Positions 16,997-26,012 are shown, numbered from the stretch's first letter. The stretch is 64,000 nucleotides of DNA from Roseburia hominis (GCA_963642055.1 CAVIFQ010000003.1:1205-65204); one strand, 5' to 3'. A program made the numbers and translations. Notes: a model not told the origin generated them from the sequence alone.

Positions 16997-18595
16997 CTAG
17001 CGGATGATTTTTATGGCGCCATCAGCGACCAAAACGCAGCCAGTTGCGAAAGTGCCAATCGCCAAAAATCTTTCAGGGGCGAAAAGAATGTAGCATCCTA
17101 TTGCAAAATAAAGGACGATTTCGACGATATTCCAGATGAAATCGAAGAGGCTTTTCTTCCTCGTCCTTGGAAGTGAAACAGACATCAAAATCGCAAAGAT
17201 TAGGAAGAAAATGCCAAAGAACCAATTGGCGAAGAAATCGATATTGCCCTCTTTTGCCCATAAAGCTCCATAAAGGATGGAGGAAAATAGCAGGAACAAA
17301 AGCCTCATTTTCTGACTTTTGAAATTCCATTTGGCCTTTATGAGATAAAAAATGCACAAAACGAGTTCCAAAAGGAGCAAAGCGCTGACGATCACGGTGG
17401 CGGTAATAGGGAGAGCGGAGCTTGGAATGACCAAGAAGATGATTCCGAAGAATATCATCACAAGGCCATAGAACATGTTGCTCAAGAAGAATTCCGATAT
17501 CTTGTTAATGCTTTTCAAATCATGAACAGAGGAACCGAAAAAGAGCGACAAGGTTACTTTGCGCCTTGCTTTCTCGTTTTTCCTTGAGACATGGAAGGTC
17601 TTAACCAAGACATTCTCAAATGTTTTTGCTGGATCCTTTCCAAGCTCAAAGAGGGTTTTCGCTCCGTTTTTCGAAAGGGCGTCAAACATTGTGTCGATGA
17701 ATGATTCCTTTTCTTTGGGGCTCAGATTCTCGATAAGGGCATCGAGCGTTCTTTGAATCCAGACGGCGTTTGGATCGTTTTTCTCAGCCACTGAAAAAGA
17801 GCCGTTTTCGATTTGCCAACTGAGAATGCCGTGGCTCATGATGCCTCTTTCGCTGCTTTTCAGAATCGTGGTGGAGGAAAAATCCATTTTGAAGATCTTG
17901 GCGACGACATCGTATTCAGGCTCGTAAGCCCTGACTTTATCATCGATGCGATGCGTTGCGACTTCAGGGAAAACATCCTTGCTTAAGCCAGGCCCATCCA
18001 ATAGGTATATAAGCTCGATTTTGTCTAATTCCTCTTTCGAGCAGTTTAGGGTGGAGAACAAGGCAAGATTGCTTCCTTTTGAGTGCCCCATGACGTAGGC
18101 TTTATTGGTTTTGGAGAGCATTTCCTCAAGATAAGAAAGCGCCTGTTCCTGGCAAGGCGTTTTCATGAAGGAGAGCATGCAGTCTTCTTTCCAGCCGACG
18201 AGCGACTCGTCGGTGCCGCGATACGCAATAGCTTCTTCACCCTCTTTCAAAGTGAATGAAACGGCGGAGAATTGCGTGGTTAATTTTTCATCATGAACGT
18301 CGACATAGTCGTGAATTGCAAGGTTTTTGAAACGAACGCTTTGCAAAACCGCCTCCAAAAATTTGGCATAAAGTTCCTTTTTAAAAGGGTAATCAAGGGC
18401 CAAAAAACGGGGCGTTTCTTTCTCTTTGAGCTTACTCACGGCTTCTACGAAGCTCATGTTGTCTTCTTTTGCCAAAACGCTTGAGAAATCGATATAGGAA
18501 AGGGAGCATAAAACCATCGAGTCCATATCGCAAAAAGGGACTGCGTCAAAGCTTAAATTTCCTCTCCATGACAAGTAATCAATCAGGTTTCCCAT
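16997..18595 (-). CDS. DUF2974 (Mbeg1-like alpha/beta-hydrolase, lipase-like) domain fused to a C-terminal polytopic membrane domain
   Basis: 532 aa; GHSKGSNLA nucleophile-elbow-like motif in the N-terminal 330 aa, then about 5 hydrophobic helices. Confidence 0.6.
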   Translation of the reverse strand: MGNLIDYLSWRGNLSFDAVPFCDMDSMVLCSLSYIDFSSVLAKEDNMSFVEAVSKLKEKETPRFLALDYPFKKELYAKFLEAVLQSVRFKNLAIHDYVDVHDEKLTTQFSAVSFTLKEGEEAIAYRGTDESLVGWKEDCMLSFMKTPCQEQALSYLEEMLSKTNKAYVMGHSKGSNLALFSTLNCSKEELDKIELIYLLDGPGLSKDVFPEVATHRIDDKVRAYEPEYDVVAKIFKMDFSSTTILKSSERGIMSHGILSWQIENGSFSVAEKNDPNAVWIQRTLDALIENLSPKEKESFIDTMFDALSKNGAKTLFELGKDPAKTFENVLVKTFHVSRKNEKARRKVTLSLFFGSSVHDLKSINKISEFFLSNMFYGLVMIFFGIIFLVIPSSALPITATVIVSALLLLELVLCIFYLIKAKWNFKSQKMRLLFLLFSSILYGALWAKEGNIDFFANWFFGIFFLIFAILMSVSLPRTRKKSLFDFIWNIVEIVLYFAIGCYILFAPERFLAIGTFATGCVLVADGAIKIIR

Positions 18596-18657
18596 ACCTG
18601 GGTATTATATAAGGATATATAGATTTGAGTAATCTTTTGTGAACCCTCTTAAGTAAG

Positions 18658-18684
18658 AAAAAAGACCAACCGATTTGATTGGTC
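18658..18684 (-). terminator. Rho-independent terminator after tRNA-Leu(GAG)
   Basis: Minus strand gaccaa-tcaaatcgg-ttggtc followed by U6. Confidence 0.7.
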
Positions 18685-18694
18685 AATAATTCAT

Positions 18695-18779
18695 TGGTGC
18701 GGGAAACCAGAATCGAACTGGCATGAGTTGCCTCATACGCCCCTCAAACGTACGCGTCTACCATTTCCGCCATTCCCGC
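18695..18779 (-). tRNA. tRNA-Leu(GAG)
   Basis: Acceptor GCGGGAA/TTCCCGC, anticodon arm TACGT-TTGAGGG-GCGTA, variable-arm hairpin ATGAG-GCAAC-CTCAT, T-arm CCAG-TTCGATT-CTGG, encoded CCA. Confidence 0.8.
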
Positions 18780-18825
18780 GGCGAAATGAATTATAGTTAG
18801 CGGATTGACCTTTTGCAATCGCGAT

Positions 18826-20379
18826 TTACGCGAACTTCGGGAAGAAGAGGCAAGCCATCGCAAAATAGATGAGAAGCGTGGTCACGTCCATCACTGTCGT
18901 TAGAAGCGGTTGAGCGAGTAAAGCTGGGTCTTTTTTGATGGCGGCGGCCCCCATACAGAGGAGAGTTCCGATGACTTTCGAGACGCTGATGGCCGCAAAC
19001 ATGGTAAGGGCGACCAAAGCGGAAAAGGTGAGGGCGTGAATAGCGAATTCGCCAGCGAGAGGGCCGGAGAAGACTAAACCCGTCCAGACGGAATAATTGG
19101 TGAAATCGTACTGCTGGCCGTTCATATCGGTAATGGAACCAACACTTACGATGCCAGTGTATTCTTCCAAGGTGATCCAAATAAAGGCGAAAACGGCGAC
19201 GAAAGAAGCGATCAAAATCGAACTCTTGAACTCACGCCAGAGAACTTTCATGGTTTCTTTCGGTGAGAATTCCTTCATGGCCAAAGAGCGAATCATCATG
19301 CCGGTCGTTTGCCCGCCGGCGTTTCCGCCCGTATCCATCAAAGTCGGAACAAAAGAGATAAGGATCGGAAGGCTTTGAAAAATCTGCTGGGTCTCCAAGC
19401 GGTTAAGAACCATGGTGGTGAAGGTGCCAAGGATCAAAAGCCCGATAATCCAGGGGTAGCATTTTTTGGCATTATCCCAGATAGTGAGCTCCATATAGGG
19501 CTTTTCCGTCGGCTCCATCTTGGAGATACGGGCGATATCCTCGTTATTCTCTTCGGTGATGACATCGACCGCGTCATCGACGGTGACGATACCAATCAAG
19601 CAGTCATCGTCATTCAAAACCGCCATGGCGTTGAGGTCATAGCGTCTGAACATATTGGCGACTTCCTCTTTATCGGTCGAGGAATGGCAAGAAGGGGCAT
19701 CCTTGTTCATGATGTCCATGAGTTTCTGATCTTCAGAAGAGAAAATGAGGTCGTCTAGGTCGACCGTGCCGACGAATTTCCGTCTCTCGTTGCGGACGAA
19801 AATGGTGAAGACGGTTTCGGCGTCTTTGCCTTTCGCGCGGATTTCTTCGATCGCCTTTTTGACGGTCTCTCCCTGTTTGAATTCCAAGAATTCCGTGGTC
19901 ATGATGGCCCCGGCGGTGTCGGGTTTGTATTTAAGGAGCACGTTGATGTCATCGCGCATGTCCTTGCTCGCCAAGCGAAGGACTCTGCTTGCTAAATTGG
20001 CGGGCATGTCGCCGACAGCATCGGTCACATCGTCAGCCGATTGCTCGTTGATGAGGGCTACGAGCTCCTTGTCGGTCATGGCTCTCACGAGCTCTTCTTT
20101 TTTATCTTGGCTCAGTTCGTCGAATAGAGGGGCGCTTGCCTCACTTGGCACGTCGCGGAAAAGGGTAATGAGCGTTTTGATGTCGAGTTCTTCGGCAGCC
20201 TCGGCGATATCGATATCGGGGACTGTTTCGAAAATCTCCTTCAGTTTGGCCCGATTATGGGTTGAAATGGCGCTTTCAAGTTCCTCTGTCGAGACCTTTT
20301 TGACGTTGATTTCCTCACTGGTCTCGTTGTCTATAGAAGTCATATCTTGCGCATTTTTCTCATCATCTTCGATATACAT
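18826..20379 (-). CDS. mgtE: magnesium transporter MgtE
   Basis: 517 aa; N-terminal Mg-sensing domain, tandem CBS domains, C-terminal 5-TM MgtE channel domain; acidic N-terminal extension. Confidence 0.85.
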   Translation of the reverse strand: MYIEDDEKNAQDMTSIDNETSEEINVKKVSTEELESAISTHNRAKLKEIFETVPDIDIAEAAEELDIKTLITLFRDVPSEASAPLFDELSQDKKEELVRAMTDKELVALINEQSADDVTDAVGDMPANLASRVLRLASKDMRDDINVLLKYKPDTAGAIMTTEFLEFKQGETVKKAIEEIRAKGKDAETVFTIFVRNERRKFVGTVDLDDLIFSSEDQKLMDIMNKDAPSCHSSTDKEEVANMFRRYDLNAMAVLNDDDCLIGIVTVDDAVDVITEENNEDIARISKMEPTEKPYMELTIWDNAKKCYPWIIGLLILGTFTTMVLNRLETQQIFQSLPILISFVPTLMDTGGNAGGQTTGMMIRSLAMKEFSPKETMKVLWREFKSSILIASFVAVFAFIWITLEEYTGIVSVGSITDMNGQQYDFTNYSVWTGLVFSGPLAGEFAIHALTFSALVALTMFAAISVSKVIGTLLCMGAAAIKKDPALLAQPLLTTVMDVTTLLIYFAMACLFFPKFA

Positions 20380-20589
20380 GGGATATCCTCCTTTTTGACG
20401 ACGCTAGTTTATCCACTTTGTCTTTCGAAGGGTAGAGGAAAAATGCCAATTTCGCTCACCCTTCTTTAGGGGTATTTTCTCTTCATCCAGCGAGATAATG
20501 TGGCTTTTCGCAAAGCGAGGCACCTATTTCCTCACAAAAAGCGGTTTGGAGTTCTATAATATCGGCGTCAATCAACGAGGAGATAAATA
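20380..20589 (-). promoter_or_regulatory. structured 5' leader of mgtE (possible Mg-responsive element; M-box not confirmed)
   Basis: 210-nt untranslated gap; on the minus strand GAGGAAA pairs with TTTCCTC about 100 nt downstream; the SD ggagga may pair with an upstream tcctc; canonical M-box motifs are not clearly seen. Confidence 0.3.
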
Positions 20590-21213
20590 ATGGAAGAAAA
20601 GACATTCGTAGTTGAAACCAGCGCCCGCCACATCCACGTGACGCAAGAAGCGCTTGATTATTTGCTTGATGCGAAAGACGGCGAGCACGCTGAACTCAAA
20701 GTCCGCGCCCCGCTTTCTCAGCCCGGGCAATTCGTGAGTTTCACGAGACTCAATCTCGTCGGCCCAGTCAATCCGAAGACCGGAAAAGAGAGAGCCATCA
20801 ATGGCGTCTCCATCTTAGGACCAGTGAGAAGCGGCAACCAAGTCGAGGTTTCCTTGACCGATGCGAGAACCTTGGGCGTGAATGCCCCCATCCGCGAATC
20901 GGGCGACACCAAAGGAAGCGCCCCAATCGCCTTAGTCAATCCGGAAAACGGCAAGCGCCTTGATTTATCGGAAGGCTGCATCGTCGCCAAAAGACACATC
21001 CATATGACCCCGGCCGATGCGGAGAATTTCGGCGTCAAAAACGGCGACATCGTGCGCGTTCTTATTAAAGGTAACGGGCGCGAGACGATTTTCGGTGATA
21101 CCGTCATCCGCGTTTCCGATAAGTATCATCTCAATATGCATATCGACACCGACGAGAGCAACGCCGCCAATGCTGGCGGAAAAGAGCCGGTGCTCGGCGT
21201 AATCGTCAAATAA
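20590..21213 (+). CDS. pduL: phosphate propanoyl/acetyl-transferase PduL family
   Basis: 207 aa; duplicated PduL/EutD repeats with ARHIHV / KRHIHM motifs; RBS gaggag. Confidence 0.75.
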   Translation: MEEKTFVVETSARHIHVTQEALDYLLDAKDGEHAELKVRAPLSQPGQFVSFTRLNLVGPVNPKTGKERAINGVSILGPVRSGNQVEVSLTDARTLGVNAPIRESGDTKGSAPIALVNPENGKRLDLSEGCIVAKRHIHMTPADAENFGVKNGDIVRVLIKGNGRETIFGDTVIRVSDKYHLNMHIDTDESNAANAGGKEPVLGVIVK

Positions 21214-21215
21214 CG

Positions 21216-21479
21216 ATGGAAAAAGAGTTCCATTACGCTCCGAAAGGAGTTTGTTCCCGCGAGATGATCATCACCTATGAAGATGGGATCATCAAAGATT
21301 TCAAGGTCATCGGTGGGTGCAACGGCAATCTTCAAGGCATTTCGGCTTTGCTCATTGGCATGAAACTCGATGATGCCGCCGAAAAACTCGCCGGAATCAA
21401 ATGCGGCCATCGCGATACTTCTTGCCCTGATCAGATATCTCACGCCATCAAGGCTCTAGAAGCTCTCAAAAACGATTAA
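21216..21479 (+). CDS. TSCPD-domain small protein
   Basis: 87 aa; contains the literal TSCPD motif (HRDTSCPDQ) plus conserved Cys in GGCNGN; starts 2 nt after pduL. Confidence 0.7.
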   Translation: MEKEFHYAPKGVCSREMIITYEDGIIKDFKVIGGCNGNLQGISALLIGMKLDDAAEKLAGIKCGHRDTSCPDQISHAIKALEALKND

Positions 21480-21487
21480 CGACAGGC

Positions 21488-21510
21488 AAAGGGGGTTTAT
21501 CCCCCTTTTC
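21488..21510 (+). terminator. Rho-independent terminator
   Basis: aggggg-tttat-ccccct-ttt. Confidence 0.75.
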
Positions 21511-21655
21511 TGATCCCCCTTGTTTCCTAATGCTTGTTGCTCTATGATAACGGGGCGACGAAAAAGAGAACGTCAAGAAGCGATTTAGATAGGCTCAAAA
21601 AGATCGCTAGCAACTCCTCCAAAAAAACGAGGTAAGTGCTTGCCTATAGCCTAGA

Positions 21656-21719
21656 CCCACTCTAGGAACGACGCTCTTGGGATAGCTTGGCAGCCTTCCG
21701 CTTAAGTGGGAGGTTTTTT
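21656..21719 (+). promoter_or_regulatory. terminator/attenuator-like hairpin in the metK leader
   Basis: cccact...agtggg stem enclosing a roughly 43-nt loop, followed by aggtttttt, 17 nt before the metK start; upstream aptamer not identifiable (no SAM-I GGAGGGA/GCAACC motifs). Confidence 0.4.
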
Positions 21720-21736
21720 CGTCAAGTGAGGTAAAT

Positions 21737-22909
21737 ATGAGACAACAAAAGGTGCTTTTTTCAAGCGAGTCGGTGGCTGAAGGACACCCCGACAAAGTCT
21801 GCGATTTGATCGCGGATTCCATCTTAGACGAAATCATTCGTCGCGATTCATCGGCGCATGTAGCGTGCGAGGTTTTCGCCACGACCGAGTACATCTTGAT
21901 TGGCGGAGAAATCACGAGTTTCGCCAAAGTCGATTACGAGGCCATCGCGCGCGGCGTTTTAAGGAAAATCGGCTACGTTTCGCCAGAATTAGGCATTGGT
22001 GCCGATAGCAGCAAAATCGATGTTCGCGTGAAAGAGCAGTCGCCGGATATCGCTCAAGGCGTCAATCGCGGAAGCGTTATCGAGCAAGGGGCTGGCGATC
22101 AAGGGATTATGTTTGGCTATGCCACGAATGAATCAAGCGGATATATGCCTCTTCCGATTTCTATCGCCCATAAACTCGTGAGAAAAGCGACGATTCTCCG
22201 CAAAGAAGGGAAATTTGTCGGCGCTCGTCCGGATATGAAGAGCCAAGTCACCATCGATTACACCGATCCGAAGAATACCAAAATCGCGGCGATGCTCATG
22301 AGCGTTCAACATGACCCGGATATCGATTTCGATTCATTCCGCAGTTTCATCAAGAACGAAATCATGATTCCGGTGGCAAAATCGTTCAATCTCAATGACG
22401 ATTTCGATATTTTGATCAACCCAACCGGACGTTTTGTCATCGGCGGTCCGGCGGGAGATACCGGTTTAACAGGCCGCAAATTGATCGTTGATACGTATGG
22501 TGGCGCTTCTAGACACGGTGGTGGCGCTTTCTCTGGCAAAGACCCATCTAAAGTCGACCGCAGCGCCTCTTATTACGCCCGTTATATCGCCAAAAACCTG
22601 GTGGCGAGTGGGGCGGCTGACCGTTTGGAAGTGCAACTGGGCTACGCCATCGGGGTCGCTAAACCGATGAGCATCGGCGTCTCGACTTTTGGAACGGGGC
22701 ACGTTGATGAAGATAAAATCCTTGAGGCGATTGAGCGCTTTTTCGACGCTCGCCCAGGCTCAATCATTGAGCAATTCTCTTTGACCAAACCCAACTTCCT
22801 TTATAGCGACACCACCAATTACGGCTGCTTTGGTAGACCTGATTTGGATTTGCCATGGGAGCACCTCGACAAAGTACCGGCTCTTCGCGAATTCTTCTTT
22901 GGCAAATAA
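21737..22909 (+). CDS. metK: S-adenosylmethionine synthetase
   Basis: 390 aa; SESVAEGHPDKVCDLIADSILD start, GGGAFSGKDPSKVDRS and other MetK blocks. Confidence 0.95.
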   Translation: MRQQKVLFSSESVAEGHPDKVCDLIADSILDEIIRRDSSAHVACEVFATTEYILIGGEITSFAKVDYEAIARGVLRKIGYVSPELGIGADSSKIDVRVKEQSPDIAQGVNRGSVIEQGAGDQGIMFGYATNESSGYMPLPISIAHKLVRKATILRKEGKFVGARPDMKSQVTIDYTDPKNTKIAAMLMSVQHDPDIDFDSFRSFIKNEIMIPVAKSFNLNDDFDILINPTGRFVIGGPAGDTGLTGRKLIVDTYGGASRHGGGAFSGKDPSKVDRSASYYARYIAKNLVASGAADRLEVQLGYAIGVAKPMSIGVSTFGTGHVDEDKILEAIERFFDARPGSIIEQFSLTKPNFLYSDTTNYGCFGRPDLDLPWEHLDKVPALREFFFGK

Positions 22910-22960
22910 TTTACAATTTAAAAATACATTCGAACAGCGCTGGTTATTTTTCGTATCCAT

Positions 22961-22988
22961 CTTGTCGAAAATCAGAATTTCGCTAAAA
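22961..22988 (+). promoter_or_regulatory. candidate sigma-A promoter of hpf
   Basis: TTGTCG -16 nt- TAAAAT about 46 nt upstream of the hpf ATG. Confidence 0.4.
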
Positions 22989-23034
22989 TGGAATTACATC
23001 ACAAGGGAACATCCCTTAAGGAAGGAAATAACCA

Positions 23035-23592
23035 ATGAAATACCAGATCATCGGGAAGAACATCGAAGTCACCGATTCTATTCGTGACACCATTCAAAAG
23101 AAACTGAGCAGAATGGACAAGTATTTCGTCATCAATGACGATGTGCTTTGCCGTGCTGTCGTCAGTGCCTATAAAGTCGGAGCCAAAGTCGAAATCACCA
23201 TCTTCACGAAAGAAATGGACTTCCGCACGGAAGTCAGAAACAATGACCTTTATGCCGCCGTCGATTTGGCGATCGATAAGCTCGAAGACCAGATGCGCAA
23301 GCTCAAAACCAAAATGAGCCGCAACAAAAACGAGCTCGGCTTGGGCAAATCACTCGCCCTCGAGAATTTCGAAGGGGCTGAGGAAGATGAAGGCGAAGAC
23401 GTTGTCGTAAGAACGAAGAGCATTTATCTTGATCCGATGACGCTTGATGATGCAATCACCCGCATGGAGGCGCTCGGACACAGCTTCTTCATCTATCTCG
23501 ATAGCGATGACGATGAAGTCTCAGTCGCCTATAAGCGTCTTGATGGCGGATATGGCGTCATCCAAGTCGAGAACAAACTCGAAAATAAGTAA
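23035..23592 (+). CDS. hpf: ribosome hibernation-promoting factor (long form)
   Basis: 185 aa; MKYQIIGKNIEVTDSIRDTIQKKL start and the C-terminal dimerisation domain typical of long HPF/YvyD. Confidence 0.9.
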   Translation: MKYQIIGKNIEVTDSIRDTIQKKLSRMDKYFVINDDVLCRAVVSAYKVGAKVEITIFTKEMDFRTEVRNNDLYAAVDLAIDKLEDQMRKLKTKMSRNKNELGLGKSLALENFEGAEEDEGEDVVVRTKSIYLDPMTLDDAITRMEALGHSFFIYLDSDDDEVSVAYKRLDGGYGVIQVENKLENK

Positions 23593-23602
23593 GTTGCCGA
23601 TA

Positions 23603-23637
23603 GCCATAGGAAATCCGGGGGTACCTATGGCTTTTTC
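23603..23637 (+). terminator. Rho-independent terminator after hpf
   Basis: gccatagg-aaatccgggggta-cctatggc-ttttt. Confidence 0.75.
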
Positions 23638-23698
23638 TTTTGCTTTTAGCCATTAATCGCTTTCTCGAGGCCCCTTTTTAGCGTATATTGAGACCGCT

Positions 23699-24556
23699 AT
23701 GAAAAAGAACATGGTAATCGCTACGGATTTGGATGGAACTCTTTTCTATCCCCGAGCGAAACTGAGGATGATCGGCAAGAAGAACCGCCTTTTCCTTGAG
23801 CGTTACATGAATGATGGTGGGAAACTTTTGATCGTGAGTTCCCGCAATACCCTGTTCAGCCAAAAGGTTTCGAAGAATATCGGCGTACCCCTGGATTCGA
23901 TTTGCTGCAATGGTGCGCTCATCTATAGCGGTGGCAAAATCATCAAAGAGACCACCTTCAAAAAAGAGGATGCGATGAGAATCCTTTCCAAAATGTGGGA
24001 TGAATATGGGACATCTTTCGTTGCTTCGATGTCGAAAGAGCACAATATGGTTCTTGCCAAAAGCGACAACGGATTCATGTCGAATTTTATGTTCTGGTGC
24101 TACCAGTTGGTCCAAGGCGTTTACCGCGAGCCCGCCATCAAGAGCAATGAAGTGTTTTATGACGATATCTTCAGCGGCAAGACGTTCAAGTTCATGACGC
24201 TGCTTGGCATCACCCATTCGAAAATCAAAAAAAGCAAAGAACTCAATAAAATACTGCGCGAGGAATTCCCTGAGGCGGAGTTCTCCTGGTGCAATCAGGC
24301 CATCGAAATCACCCCAAAGGGGTGCTCTAAAGGCCAAGCTCTCGAGTTTTATCTTGATTACAACTCGATACCTCGCGATAATGTCATAGTTGTCGGCGAC
24401 AGCGGCAATGACATTTCGATGTTTGAACAGTTCAAGAACAATAGTTTCTGCCTAGAACATGGCTCATCATCGGTGAAAAAGCACGCTGCTCACGTCATAC
24501 GAAGATTCTACGACTTGGAAAAATACATCTACCCGTCTGTGGAGAAGACAAAATAA
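23699..24556 (+). CDS. Cof-type HAD-IIB phosphatase
   Basis: 285 aa; IATDLDGTLF motif I, VVGDSGNDISMF motif IV. Confidence 0.8.
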   Translation: MKKNMVIATDLDGTLFYPRAKLRMIGKKNRLFLERYMNDGGKLLIVSSRNTLFSQKVSKNIGVPLDSICCNGALIYSGGKIIKETTFKKEDAMRILSKMWDEYGTSFVASMSKEHNMVLAKSDNGFMSNFMFWCYQLVQGVYREPAIKSNEVFYDDIFSGKTFKFMTLLGITHSKIKKSKELNKILREEFPEAEFSWCNQAIEITPKGCSKGQALEFYLDYNSIPRDNVIVVGDSGNDISMFEQFKNNSFCLEHGSSSVKKHAAHVIRRFYDLEKYIYPSVEKTK

Positions 24557-24589
24557 GTCGTATAACCATAGAGAAAGAAGGTACACAAC

Positions 24590-25534
24590 ATGAATCAAAT
24601 CTCCGAAGTGATCACCACCTTGATCCATTATAAGGTAGTGGTTCGCGACACAATGGAGTACACACTCAACAAAGACAAATACGATGTGGCTTTGTTCAAC
24701 GAAAAGAAACGCTCTGTCCTTGTAGAGCTCAACGAGCCGACTCCGCTCCGCTCAATCATCGACAATAGCGCGGAAACCGGCAAAAAATTCGAGGACATGG
24801 TCCGTAACTGGTATGACCAGGTATATGGCGACAACAGCACCATTTTGAAATCGGCCGATGACGGCTTGCGCGTCGATCACGCTCAGCATTTGGCCATTTT
24901 CCAAGGCGTTGTGCCGATCCATGAGAACGTCGAAGCGATGATTAACGGCATCATCAACGATGCCCATAGCCGCAATATCGACGTCAAAGCGGCCCAAGAA
25001 GTCGATTTGGCTGAAGAAAGACTATATCGCGCCGTCGCTTATATGACTCTCACCAATGAGTTGGTCAAATTGTTTGGCGATTATAACCAAGCTAGACGCG
25101 AGGCTAATGGAGCTGAGACCGCCGCCAGCAAATTCATCGGCAACGATATCAGCGCCATCATCAACTTGCTCAGCCAAGTTCGCGCGAACTCCAAACTCAC
25201 CGATAATACCTACATGACGATGCAAGATAAGATCTTCGATCTCGTCGAGCATATGACCGGAAGACGCGATCTCCCTACTGGCAAGAATTTCGGCCAAGTC
25301 ATCCAAGATACGCAACAGACGATTGCCAATTACGTGAAGGAAGTTGAACCGGCCTTCCGCACGGTTTATGTCCCTCTCATCAATGAGCTCATCGCCCAAG
25401 CGAAAGCCAATGACAACAAGATTAAACCGGACAATGTTGCCGCTCCTGCCCCTGAAGCCCCAAAAGCCGATGATGCTGCGAGCAATGAAGAACCAGTCGA
25501 GCTTGATCCGCACACTGGCATGCCAAAAGCCTAA
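24590..25534 (+). CDS. hypothetical protein (helical, Pro/Ala-rich C-terminal tail)
   Basis: 314 aa; no family recognised; 33 nt after the HAD gene with no terminator in between. Confidence 0.5.
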   Translation: MNQISEVITTLIHYKVVVRDTMEYTLNKDKYDVALFNEKKRSVLVELNEPTPLRSIIDNSAETGKKFEDMVRNWYDQVYGDNSTILKSADDGLRVDHAQHLAIFQGVVPIHENVEAMINGIINDAHSRNIDVKAAQEVDLAEERLYRAVAYMTLTNELVKLFGDYNQARREANGAETAASKFIGNDISAIINLLSQVRANSKLTDNTYMTMQDKIFDLVEHMTGRRDLPTGKNFGQVIQDTQQTIANYVKEVEPAFRTVYVPLINELIAQAKANDNKIKPDNVAAPAPEAPKADDAASNEEPVELDPHTGMPKA

Positions 25535-25568
25535 CTTTTTGGCAAAAAACGATTAGTTGGTTATTGAT

Positions 25569-25964
25569 ATGAACACAGTCGCGAAAAAGACAAAGAGAAA
25601 AATCTCCGTCGGAGAGACGATTTGGATCGTTATCGAATCGATATTCGGCGTTGGTGGGCTCACTTTATTGGTGCTTGGCATCGTGAGCGATTATTTTCCG
25701 AGCGTTTATAGCGAGAATTACATCGCTATCGCCGAACGCTCATGGATGAGCTTTTCGCATACTTCCTTGTCCTTCCGCTGGCTTGGCATCCTCGCCATTC
25801 TCCTCGGTTCCGTCCTAGCCGTGATTACCCTTAATCATTACGCGAAGAAAACGGACGCCGATGAGGAACGCGAATTGCGCCGCGCTCAGCGTTTGCAGGT
25901 CTTGAATAACGACCAAAAAGAAGTGAAAGAAGTCGTGGCTGAGACTGAACCAGTAGCCAAGTAG
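25569..25964 (+). CDS. hypothetical membrane protein (2 TM)
   Basis: Start at ATG 25569 (the track ORF starts at TTG 25557); two hydrophobic helices and a charged C-terminus. Confidence 0.45.
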   Translation: MNTVAKKTKRKISVGETIWIVIESIFGVGGLTLLVLGIVSDYFPSVYSENYIAIAERSWMSFSHTSLSFRWLGILAILLGSVLAVITLNHYAKKTDADEERELRRAQRLQVLNNDQKEVKEVVAETEPVAK

Positions 25965-25984
25965 AGTAAAGACGAACGCAAAAT

Positions 25985-26010
25985 GAAGGCTGCCCGCAAG
26001 GTAGCCTTTT
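25985..26010. terminator. terminator hairpin between convergent genes
   Basis: gaaggctgcc-cgcaa-ggtagccttt then T-rich sequence; usable in both directions. Confidence 0.55.
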
Positions 26011-26012
26011 CT

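Noticed and set aside
19745-20398. 217-aa ORF on + strand and several other long ORFs (e.g. 19309-19758, 47334-47909, 6145-6676, 33374-33682)
   Set aside because: Each lies antisense inside a strongly supported gene (mgtE, the 495-aa protein, pepF, addA); compositions are low-complexity Ser/Arg/Leu-rich, typical of antisense frames.
20380-20589. Confident M-box call upstream of mgtE
   Set aside because: Only partial resemblance (AGGTG and CGAAAGACA strings). I cannot confirm the core without a covariance-model search, so it is left as a low-confidence structured leader.
21513-21736. SAM-I (S-box) riboswitch upstream of metK
   Set aside because: Expected in Firmicutes, but the conserved GGAGGGA / GGCCC / GCAACC elements are not present. 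Only a generic attenuator hairpin is seen, so it is reported as unknown-class.
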